The notes beneath the pieces were generated by a model that did no database searches, was not told where the DNA came from, and worked only from the letters and a program-made list of their open reading frames with translations. A program made the translations under genes and the position numbers. A DNA stretch of 40,825 nt from Escherichia phage vB_EcoS_fKuEco01. Below, one piece after another: positions 17,211-25,982 of the stretch. The first letter of the stretch is position 1, and each line of letters begins with the position of its first letter. The stretch lies in sequence record MT711525.1; one strand, written 5' to 3'.

Positions 17211-19714
17211 TCCTGCACTACACGCGAAACGCTGATGGCGCTTTCGACCGTACAAAACACGTCGGGATGCCGATGGAGTTTGTCGTTAACCGTATCCCGG
17301 ACGGCGTGCCGGTGCGCGTCTACCTCGGCGAAATTGGTGATGATACCGACGTAACTGACGACTTCGACGCACTCAAAGACGAAGACGCCGTGTACCACAT
17401 TATAGAGGGTGCTGGTAGCGGGGCGCTTGGTGCCGTTAGTAAGGTGTTCGGTTTTATCCTTAAGCCAATCGCTAAGTTGTTTGGTCTGAACATGTCCGCA
17501 AACGCCAACTATACGGCGACTAACAACCAGACAACATCACCAAATAACAGCCTCACAGACCGCTCAAACAAACCACGCCCTTACGAGCGCTCCTATGACA
17601 TCTGCGGGACTGTGCAGACAATCCCTAACGACCTGATGCAGACGTATAAAGCGTTCAACTCCACGGGTGCTTTGCTGGAGTATTCGTATTATGACGCGGG
17701 GCGTGGGCATCTGCATATTGAGGCTGATGGCGTAACGGAAGGCGACACCCTGATAAGCGACATCACAGGTTCTTCTGTTGCCGTATACGCGCCGTATACC
17801 TCCCCGAACAACACCACATCGCCGCAACTACAAATCGGCGACGTCATTGATCAGAAACTCTATGTGACATACTCCAACGACGACGTTGACGGTATTGTGC
17901 TGAAAGCGCCAAACGACATCGGAGCTAACCCAAGCTCCGACGGCACCGCCAAACGTATTTCAAACACCGGCTACATTTATGACCCGTCGGGTGATTCTGC
18001 TTTTTCTGAGTTTCTTAGCGTCGGAGATGTCGCGGTGCTGAGCAACTTTGACGTTGCTGATGTCACTAACCTGAACGGCTCGTTTGAGGTTTTATACGTT
18101 GACGACTTCGAAGTAAGATTAGCGGTAAACGGTGCGTCTAACTGGGCGGCGTTGACCAGCGGGCAGACGTACACGTTAACAGAGCGTTCAGATACGTTTA
18201 TGGGCCCGAGCAACACCTATGACGTATCCCTTACCGACTGGTATTACATGGTGCGCGGAGAAGTTGACCGAGTACTTGCTAACGTTGCCGGGCAGAACGG
18301 CCTCTACAAATACGACGGTGGCTATAATCGCACCAGCGTAACGGTAGAACTCCAGTACCAGATGATTGACTCTCGGCGCAACCCATTGAGCGATATTTAC
18401 ACAGTACAGGCTACAATTACCGGTAATAGCACGGATTACGTCGGTACGTCTATCTACGGGCAATTGCCTACTGCATCGCGTTTCCGCGCCCGTATGCGCC
18501 GTATAACGAATTTTGATAAGGACTACAACGGTACAGTAAGCGACGAGATAACCTTCATCAACCTGTACGGGCAGTCGCTGGACACAACCCCACACTACGG
18601 CAACCGAACTACCGTGCATTGCGCACGTAAACAGACGCCGCGTGCCGCCAGTATCGACAACCCAGAACTGCGCATGATTGCGACCGAGATGTGCTACAAA
18701 TATCTGGGTAATGGGGTATTCGACCCAGTAATGACGCCTAATACACAGGCGGTGCAGTCGCTAATCAGACTGGCGCGTGACCCGGCGGTTGGTAATCTGG
18801 AGCTGACAACGGCAAACATGGACAAGTTACTCGCCGTGCAGGAAGAGATTGAATCTTATTTTGGCAGCGAATTAGCCGGGCAATTCTGCTACACGTTCGA
18901 CGACTACGACACGACTATGCAGGACATTGTTCAGACCATAGCTGAAGCCGTGTTCTGTACTGCGTACCGTAAAGGCGCGGACATTATGCTGCGTTTCGAC
19001 CGTCCGGTTGCAGGGCCTGAAATGGTGTTCACCCACCGTAGTAAGACGACCGGTACGGAGAAATGGACACGCACGTTCAACGATTCGACAACCTACGATA
19101 GCCTGTCGTTCTCATACATCGACCCGGATATTAACGTACAGGAAACGATTTACATCCCGGAAGAACTGGGTGCAAACACCGAGGAATACGAATCGAAGGG
19201 CGTGCGCAACTATCAGCAGGCGTACTGGCTGGCGTGGCGTCGCTATCAGCGCAATGCGTTAAGTAAAGTTGTCGTAGAGTTCGAAGCTACTGAAGAAGGT
19301 GCGCTCGCTACCCCCGGCGGCGTAATCAGCGTGGTTAAAGGCTCGCGTATTGCGCCACAAGACGGCTATGTTGTTGCCGTTAATGGGCTTACGCTGACGC
19401 TGTCGCAGCCTGTTACGTTTACCGCGGGCGATGACCACTCCATCATCCTCAAGAAGCGCGACGGCTCTGTACAGAGTATCTCCGTTATAAAAGGAGGCCA
19501 CGACCGCGAGGTGATTATGCTATCGGCGCCGGAGGAAGCAATCTACACGGGGAATAGCGCGCTAAAAACTGAGTTTTCATTCGGCAACGAAGCAAGGCAT
19601 AATGCTCAGAAGATAGTTGTTTCTTCAATCGACCCGGGCGACGACCGCACGGTCAAGATTACTGGCTACAACTATGACGACGGATTCTATAAATACGACG
19701 GCGTCGCGCCATAA
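17201..19714 (+). CDS. tail tip / central fibre protein (gpJ-like)
   Basis: 837-aa ORF after K-like gene; track start is TTG 17201, in-frame ATG at 17267. Confidence 0.6.
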   Translation: MAIILHYTRNADGAFDRTKHVGMPMEFVVNRIPDGVPVRVYLGEIGDDTDVTDDFDALKDEDAVYHIIEGAGSGALGAVSKVFGFILKPIAKLFGLNMSANANYTATNNQTTSPNNSLTDRSNKPRPYERSYDICGTVQTIPNDLMQTYKAFNSTGALLEYSYYDAGRGHLHIEADGVTEGDTLISDITGSSVAVYAPYTSPNNTTSPQLQIGDVIDQKLYVTYSNDDVDGIVLKAPNDIGANPSSDGTAKRISNTGYIYDPSGDSAFSEFLSVGDVAVLSNFDVADVTNLNGSFEVLYVDDFEVRLAVNGASNWAALTSGQTYTLTERSDTFMGPSNTYDVSLTDWYYMVRGEVDRVLANVAGQNGLYKYDGGYNRTSVTVELQYQMIDSRRNPLSDIYTVQATITGNSTDYVGTSIYGQLPTASRFRARMRRITNFDKDYNGTVSDEITFINLYGQSLDTTPHYGNRTTVHCARKQTPRAASIDNPELRMIATEMCYKYLGNGVFDPVMTPNTQAVQSLIRLARDPAVGNLELTTANMDKLLAVQEEIESYFGSELAGQFCYTFDDYDTTMQDIVQTIAEAVFCTAYRKGADIMLRFDRPVAGPEMVFTHRSKTTGTEKWTRTFNDSTTYDSLSFSYIDPDINVQETIYIPEELGANTEEYESKGVRNYQQAYWLAWRRYQRNALSKVVVEFEATEEGALATPGGVISVVKGSRIAPQDGYVVAVNGLTLTLSQPVTFTAGDDHSIILKKRDGSVQSISVIKGGHDREVIMLSAPEEAIYTGNSALKTEFSFGNEARHNAQKIVVSSIDPGDDRTVKITGYNYDDGFYKYDGVAP

Positions 19715-19768
19715 GGCAGCGGTTTCTCCGATGGATTCAGCAATGGTTTTAATTAAAGAGGACTCTAT

Positions 19769-22723
19769 ATGTCAAGCGGATGTGGTGACGTTTTAAGCCT
19801 GGCGGATTTACAGACCGCCAAGAAGCACCAGATTTTTGAAGCCGAGGTTATCACGGGTAAATCCGGCGGAGTAGCCGGGGGTGCAGATATTGATTACGCG
19901 ACAAACCAGGTTACAGGGCAGACCCAGAAGACACTACCTGCCGTGTTGCGTGATGCTGGTTTTAAACTGGCAGATTTTGATTTCACGTCAGGCGGTACAC
20001 TATCCGCTAACGACCGAAACACCGCAGTTTTGTGGCCGTCGTCCTCTGGTGGCGATGGGGATTGGTACCATTGGTTGGGCGCTCTGCCAAAAACTATCCC
20101 GGCGTCATCTTCTCCGCAGTCCACCGGTGGCGTGGCAGATGGGGCGTGGCAGCCTGTCGGGTCGGTCATACTGCGGCAGCAAATATCTGATGTAAACGGT
20201 GCAATTCTGTACCCAGATTTACATGTGGCGCGATGGAAGGACGAATACGACCCGCGCGCATGGGGCGCCGTGGGCGACGGCGTAACTGATGATACTCAAT
20301 CTATTTTTAATGTATTAGCAGCTTCCCACAACAATTGGATTATAGACGGCAGGGGCTTGACTTATAAAGTTTCCCAATTACCTGACATTAGTAAATTTAA
20401 GAATGCTGCATTCGTTTACGAGCGCGTAGCTGGGCAACCGCTTACTTATGTAGCTGATGGCTTCTTTAACAGCTCACTAACTAAGGTGACGGATACTCCG
20501 TTCTACAACGCATGGACGCAGGATAAAACTTTCGTCTACGACAATGTTATTTACGCTCCCTTTATGGCAGGCGAACGACATGGCGTTCAAAACTTACATG
20601 TAGCTTGGGTTCGCTCTGGTGACGACGGGCAGACTTGGTCAATGCCTGAGTGGTTGACCCCAATCCATGCTGACTATAATGCTAGTGTTTCCGCGGACAG
20701 AGTTAACTACCACTGCATGAGCATGGGTACGTGCGGCAACCGATTATATGCAGTTATAGAAACCCGCTACTTATCTAATATGCGGATGAAGAAGGCAGAA
20801 CTTTGGTCACGCCCAATGCCGTATTTTAGACACCCAACCGGCGGAATAACTATTAGTTCTGGTTCCACTACTGCTACCATTGTTATAGAAAATCACGGCC
20901 TAAAAGCAGGAGATGCGGTTAACTTCTCTAATACATCGGCAACTGGCGTATCGGGTAATATGACGGTTGCGTCTATAATTAACCGAAATACGTTCACTGT
21001 TACGCTCTCAAGCCCGGCGAGTTCCACCATAAACAATGCGGGTGTTACCTGGAACTTCGCAACGCGATTCTGGGACAGCCCGTGGGAAATTACCGAATTG
21101 CCTGAGGTAGCATACTCCACTAACGCTGATTTGTGTGTCACGGAGACACATAGTTTTGCGGTTATAGACGATGTTAACTACACTATCGCTGTCGGCTATC
21201 ACAACGGCGATGTGTCCCCTAGGCGTCTCGGTGTCTTGTATTTTAGTAACGTGTATGACAATCCTGGCGTATTCGTTCGTCGCACTGTCGCTCAGGCATA
21301 CGCTGATAACGCTTCTGAGCCGTGCGTGAAAAGTTATGGTGGTGTGTTATACCTTACCACACGCGGCACATTACCTACTTCCCCTGGCTCTACACTGGCG
21401 ATGAGCACCGATTCTGGGCAAAACTGGAGCTACTTGCGATTTCCGAACAATGTACATCACTCCAATCTTCCGTTCGCTAAAGTAGGTGACTATCTCTACA
21501 TCTTTGGTACAGAACGTGCCTTTGGTGAGTGGGAAGGTGGTGAGCAGGACAGCCGCTATGAAGGTTCGTATCCGAGGACCTTTATGTGCAAAGTTAATGT
21601 GTCGTCCTGGCCTTCATCTTTAGATGATGTTCAGTGGTTTAATATTACCGACCAAATATACCAGGGTCATATCGTTAACTCTGCTGTCGGCGTCGGCTCG
21701 GTCTGTGTTAAAGATGGCTGGTTGTACTATATCTTTGGTGGGGAAGACTTCTTCTCTCCCTGGAGCATAGGGGATAACAGTGCGAAGTTATGGTACAAAC
21801 ATGATGGGCATCCGGCTGACTTATATAGCTACCGGATAAAGATTGAAGACCACCCGTATGTATCCCGTGATTTCAAATACGGAGCAACTCCTAACCGTAC
21901 ACTACCTGTCGCCATGGGGGTAGATGGTGTACGTCATGTAGGGGCACCTTTAACATTTGATAATGATGTAAGCGTGTACTCACTGCATGTAACGGGGCTG
22001 AAATACGATGGTACACAACAGTCCGCCGTGCGTGCACAGTTTGATGGTGATTACGGGCTGATTTCAAAAACAGTCCCCACTAAAAACCCATCGGGTCAAA
22101 GACTGATAGTTAGCGGTGGTGATGGTGCATCCCGTTCCGATGGTGCGTTGCTGCAACTGTACGGGGCAAACCATGCAAAGCCTAACAGGGCTATTATGTA
22201 TGCGTCAGGAGGCTTCTACTCATACAACAATTTTCTTCCTTACTTAGACTCGCGAGTGTCTTTAGGTTCGGCAGGTAATAGGTGGACTACGGTGTACGCG
22301 ACCACCGGTACGATAAATACGTCTGATGGTACACTTAAGACGAATAAAGAGGAAATTGAGGGACAACTCCTTACCGCATGGGAAGATATACATGTAATAT
22401 CTTTTAAGTGGCTTGAAAGCCTAGCAATCAAGGGTGACACTGCAAGGATACACTTCGGTGTGATAGCCCAAGATGTGCGAGACATCTTGGTCAACCATGG
22501 GCTTATGGAGAAAGATTCTACCGATTGTAAATATGCTTTCTTGTGCTACGACCCAATTGAAGCTGCGTATGATATTGATGAAGATGGCCAGACTGTACAA
22601 GTATCCCCTCCCGGCGGCAGATGGGGGGTTAGGGCGGACCAGATGTTCTTCATAGAGATTGCCTATCAGCGTAAGAAGATGCGCGAGTTCGAGAAGAGGC
22701 TGGCAGCACTAGAAGATAAATAA
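19769..22723 (+). CDS. tailspike with sialidase (endosialidase-like) catalytic region and C-terminal intramolecular chaperone domain
   Basis: 984 aa; two Asp-box motifs SGDDGQTW and STDSGQNW; C-terminal segment resembles peptidase-S74-type chaperone domains; strong RBS. Confidence 0.7.
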   Translation: MSSGCGDVLSLADLQTAKKHQIFEAEVITGKSGGVAGGADIDYATNQVTGQTQKTLPAVLRDAGFKLADFDFTSGGTLSANDRNTAVLWPSSSGGDGDWYHWLGALPKTIPASSSPQSTGGVADGAWQPVGSVILRQQISDVNGAILYPDLHVARWKDEYDPRAWGAVGDGVTDDTQSIFNVLAASHNNWIIDGRGLTYKVSQLPDISKFKNAAFVYERVAGQPLTYVADGFFNSSLTKVTDTPFYNAWTQDKTFVYDNVIYAPFMAGERHGVQNLHVAWVRSGDDGQTWSMPEWLTPIHADYNASVSADRVNYHCMSMGTCGNRLYAVIETRYLSNMRMKKAELWSRPMPYFRHPTGGITISSGSTTATIVIENHGLKAGDAVNFSNTSATGVSGNMTVASIINRNTFTVTLSSPASSTINNAGVTWNFATRFWDSPWEITELPEVAYSTNADLCVTETHSFAVIDDVNYTIAVGYHNGDVSPRRLGVLYFSNVYDNPGVFVRRTVAQAYADNASEPCVKSYGGVLYLTTRGTLPTSPGSTLAMSTDSGQNWSYLRFPNNVHHSNLPFAKVGDYLYIFGTERAFGEWEGGEQDSRYEGSYPRTFMCKVNVSSWPSSLDDVQWFNITDQIYQGHIVNSAVGVGSVCVKDGWLYYIFGGEDFFSPWSIGDNSAKLWYKHDGHPADLYSYRIKIEDHPYVSRDFKYGATPNRTLPVAMGVDGVRHVGAPLTFDNDVSVYSLHVTGLKYDGTQQSAVRAQFDGDYGLISKTVPTKNPSGQRLIVSGGDGASRSDGALLQLYGANHAKPNRAIMYASGGFYSYNNFLPYLDSRVSLGSAGNRWTTVYATTGTINTSDGTLKTNKEEIEGQLLTAWEDIHVISFKWLESLAIKGDTARIHFGVIAQDVRDILVNHGLMEKDSTDCKYAFLCYDPIEAAYDIDEDGQTVQVSPPGGRWGVRADQMFFIEIAYQRKKMREFEKRLAALEDK

Positions 22724-22727
22724 AACT

Positions 22728-22750
22728 AAGGCCCCAAACGGGGCCTTTTC
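22728..22750. terminator. bidirectional terminator hairpin AAGGCCCC-AAAC-GGGGCCTT
   Basis: exact reverse complement of the hairpin at 10202-10221; sits at the convergent junction of tailspike and replication module. Confidence 0.7.
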
Positions 22751-22751
22751 T

Positions 22752-22889
22752 CTACTCTTCTGATAACTTCTCCAGTACAAACGCCAGTTGCGCATTAGCG
22801 GCGTCTCTCTGCTGCCGTAGCCGTAGAACCTCCTCCTCAAGTTCCTTGATACGTTTTTGCAATGCCGGAATCGGGGCTATGATGTTCAT
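22752..22889 (-). CDS. small coiled-coil protein
   Basis: 45-aa ORF whose ATG overlaps the SNF2 helicase stop (ATGA); leucine-heptad content. Confidence 0.3.
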   Translation of the reverse strand: MNIIAPIPALQKRIKELEEEVLRLRQQRDAANAQLAFVLEKLSEE

Positions 22890-24310
22890 TTCTTACCTCG
22901 TCTCTTCATGTAATTAAGCAACTCTTCCTGGACCGATTTCTTCTCGTCAGTACGCGAGGCAACAACCTCGTCCAGCGTGTCTTTAGCAACGATGTGATAG
23001 AGGAACACTGGTCGCTCATGGCCCGCCTGCTTCTGGCGCACCGGGCCTATACGCTCGACAACCTGCAAATAGTGCTCAAGGTTCCAGCCTTGCGAAATAA
23101 ACGCCAGATGATGTCCGCCGTCCTGTAAATTCAAACCATGGCCGGCTGACGCGGGGTGAACGCACAAAATCTCGATTTCACCCCGATTCCACGCTTCCAT
23201 CTGCTTATTACCTTTCGCACCTTTGGCAAACGCCTGCGCCTGTGGGAATCGCTTAAGGATGCGCTCCAGTTCGTGCTTGAACTGATAAGCCACAAGTAAC
23301 GGTGCGCCCTGTAGCTCCTCAACAATCGACTCAAGCGCGTCCAGTTTCGTATCGTGTACTTTCTCCCAGTCTTTGGTTGCCTCACCGTCTGGCCCCGACA
23401 CATATACGGCACCGGAGGCAATCTGCAAACACTTTGACGTCTTCGCCGCCGCGTTAGCCGCTTCAACTTCTCCGCTCTCCAGTTCCGCGAATAACTTCTC
23501 CTCCATATCTAGGTACGCCTGACGTGCCTTCTTCGGCAGGTCGATTTCAACCGGCACTATAATAGGTGCTTCACACCCAAACCACTCAGCGGCGTCAATA
23601 GTGAGACTAATGTCCTTCATCTTCTGGTGGATCTCATTATCTGCACCAGGACGCGCATGATACTCCCGCGCCATCGCCGACTTACCTTTCTGTACCGAGT
23701 TAAACCATCGGTAGGTGAATGCCGTATATGAGGACCCCAGGCGCTCGCCGGCGTCGATAAACCAGTTCTGACCCCACAGGTCCTTGAGGCCGTTTGGTGA
23801 GGGCGTGCCGGTAAGGTTTATAAAACGCTTAACCTTTCCAAACGCCACCTTACTGAGCGCCTTTGCCCGCTTGCTACCACCTGAACGGCTGCGGAATGAT
23901 TTCAGCTTCGTGCTTTCGTCGGCGACGATAACGGTAAAAGGCCAGTCGTCTTTGCCGTAGTAGTCAATCAGCCATTCGATAACTTCGTAGTTTGTACACA
24001 CCACGTTAGCGTCTGATTCCAGCGCCGCGATGCGGCGCTTCTCTGAACCTGTCGCGTCTACGACACGCAGACATGGGAAATTCCATTTCTCTTGCTCTGC
24101 CGGCCATGTGCCGGACGCAACACGTAAAGGAGCCAGAATTAACACGCGGTCGTCGTCCGTAAGTTGCCCGTTGCGGAACAGGCGGTTTAAAGTCCACAGG
24201 ACGCTGCCAGTCTTCCCGGCGCCCATGCTCGCCCAAATATTACAGCGATGGTGCTGCAACATGAACGAGGTCATGAGCTTCTGGTATTCGCGCCTTTGAA
24301 ACTTACTCAT
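22886..24310 (-). CDS. SNF2/DEAD-like helicase
   Basis: 474 aa; Walker A MGAGKTG and DEST box (VADEST). Confidence 0.75.
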   Translation of the reverse strand: MSKFQRREYQKLMTSFMLQHHRCNIWASMGAGKTGSVLWTLNRLFRNGQLTDDDRVLILAPLRVASGTWPAEQEKWNFPCLRVVDATGSEKRRIAALESDANVVCTNYEVIEWLIDYYGKDDWPFTVIVADESTKLKSFRSRSGGSKRAKALSKVAFGKVKRFINLTGTPSPNGLKDLWGQNWFIDAGERLGSSYTAFTYRWFNSVQKGKSAMAREYHARPGADNEIHQKMKDISLTIDAAEWFGCEAPIIVPVEIDLPKKARQAYLDMEEKLFAELESGEVEAANAAAKTSKCLQIASGAVYVSGPDGEATKDWEKVHDTKLDALESIVEELQGAPLLVAYQFKHELERILKRFPQAQAFAKGAKGNKQMEAWNRGEIEILCVHPASAGHGLNLQDGGHHLAFISQGWNLEHYLQVVERIGPVRQKQAGHERPVFLYHIVAKDTLDEVVASRTDEKKSVQEELLNYMKRRGKK

Positions 24311-25127
24311 TTACGGCCCCCATAAACGCCTTTATAAATTCGGCGGCTACTTGCGGGACGATGGCATTGCCGTAACCGCGCAATCGTCCCACTCTTGCGG
24401 GTATCCCATTAGCCAGCGGGAATGCGCCGGGTTCAACCGGCCGGAACTTTCCATCACGGCATCCGAGCCAGTCAGCATCTGACCAGAAGCCGTGGTGCGG
24501 GTTGGTTGACTCGCTTTCAATCCCTGCTCTGTTGAGTAGTCCAGCCTGTCGAATGTTCTGTCCCTCCCGCCCGTGCGAATCACTGTCTCTCCGCTCCCTC
24601 TGAAGTCGTTCGCACACGGTGTTGGCCAGTTGCTGCGCTCCGAAGAACAATCGATTCCTTTTGTGCGGTGCGCCGACGCTACAAGCTGGGAGTACGGCAA
24701 ACCCGACGGCGTAGTCTTCTCTTTCCAGGTGAGTTTGTAAATCGCACATCCACGATTTTGCAATTGCTGCCGCAACCTGCTCCCCAAAGATAACTGGAGG
24801 GCGGCACTCGCTGATGAGGTCGAGGAACACAGGTGCGAGGTGTCTCTGGTCGAACTGTCCGAGTTGCTTTCCTGCCGTGCTAAACGGTTGGCAAGGCGGG
24901 CTTCCCGTCCAGAGAGGCGCATCTTCCGGAACTCCCGCAAGTCTGAGCGCGAGAGGCCAGCCGCCGATACCAGCGAAAAAATGACACTGGGTGAACCCGT
25001 CAAGGTCTTCTGGTCTAACTTCGGTAATGCTTCTTTCATCTACAACTCCAAAAGGTATGTGACCCTGTTTTATTAATTCACGCAGCCACGCGGCTGCGCC
25101 TTTATCCCATTCGTTGTAATAGTTCAT
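24303..25127 (-). CDS. DNA (cytosine-5) methyltransferase
   Basis: 274 aa; motif I FAGIGGW, motif [12 protein letters not shown]-terminal GNAIVPQV. Confidence 0.75.
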   Translation of the reverse strand: MNYYNEWDKGAAAWLRELIKQGHIPFGVVDERSITEVRPEDLDGFTQCHFFAGIGGWPLALRLAGVPEDAPLWTGSPPCQPFSTAGKQLGQFDQRHLAPVFLDLISECRPPVIFGEQVAAAIAKSWMCDLQTHLEREDYAVGFAVLPACSVGAPHKRNRLFFGAQQLANTVCERLQRERRDSDSHGREGQNIRQAGLLNRAGIESESTNPHHGFWSDADWLGCRDGKFRPVEPGAFPLANGIPARVGRLRGYGNAIVPQVAAEFIKAFMGAVNE

Positions 25128-25315
25128 TTCGCCACCAGAACCAGTTCCTTACGCCCGAACGCCGTAACGTTTCCTGTTACATCTTCGATAACCAGTTTAC
25201 CGTTCGACTCGACGAACACCGTATCAACGGCAACAGGGTGGCGGGTCTTAACGTTGAAAATCATATCGCCAGGTACGATGTCACGTGCTGGTTTACGGTC
25301 ATATTCGTGTTTCAT
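25124..25315 (-). CDS. hypothetical protein
   Basis: 63-aa ORF, first gene downstream of the minus-strand promoter at 25349-25377. Confidence 0.45.
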   Translation of the reverse strand: MKHEYDRKPARDIVPGDMIFNVKTRHPVAVDTVFVESNGKLVIEDVTGNVTAFGRKELVLVAK

Positions 25316-25345
25316 TTCTCAATTCCTTATATTGTTGGTGTGTGA

Positions 25346-25645
25346 TTAACTATAATAGCTCGCTATTAGGTCGTCAACCTGTTTAAACGAACCAACGATA
25401 AAAACATTTGCACCGCGTTTACGCATCCGCTCGTGCTCACGTATCTGGTGCGGGTCTGGCTTCGTGTTTTCGTCTTTCTTAACCTCGACGAACCATATGA
25501 CGCCGCCAGGGAGAATTACCAGCAGGTCGGGAGCGCCGGAGCGCCCCTCGTAGGAGAGCTTACGAACGAGGCCGCCGATGGCCTCGAATCGCTCTTTTGC
25601 GTATTTCTGTATTTTGCCTTCCGGTGTCATGAGCGCGGAATCCAA
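25346..25645 (-). CDS. VRR-NUC domain nuclease
   Basis: PD-(D/E)XK-like PDLLVIL ... FVEVKKDE arrangement; likely true start ATG at 25630. Confidence 0.65.
   Translation of the reverse strand: MDSALMTPEGKIQKYAKERFEAIGGLVRKLSYEGRSGAPDLLVILPGGVIWFVEVKKDENTKPDPHQIREHERMRKRGANVFIVGSFKQVDDLIASYYS
25349..25377 (-). promoter_or_regulatory. sigma70 promoter TTGACG-17-TATAGT
   Basis: near-consensus hexamers; lies within the 3' end of the VRR-NUC gene. Confidence 0.5.
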
Positions 25646-25982
25646 GTAAGGAAAGCCCCGCCTAGAACGGCAACGCCAACAAACTTAAAGAACAGGCCGT
25701 AACAGAACATCGCGGCTATTCCCGCACCGAGTAACAGCGCGAGCATGGTTACTATCGTCCAAAATACAAACATTGTCATAATACGCACCCCTCACGTTTC
25801 GTATGTTCAATACCACAGCGCGGGCAGATTCGACAGTCTTCTTCATAAAACCAGTAAATTTTCATTCCAGCACCCACAGATAAATTGCGATGAACATGCC
25901 CAATATGGCAACCATCATGCCGTATTGACCCTCGTGACAGTAGACACCGGCAGCAAATCCCGCCAGTACCGCGATAATCAGT

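Noticed and set aside
24347-25039. 230-aa alternative-frame ORF within the methyltransferase locus
   Set aside because: The C5-methyltransferase motifs are in the other frame (24303-25127); this frame gives a Ser/Arg-rich product without motifs.
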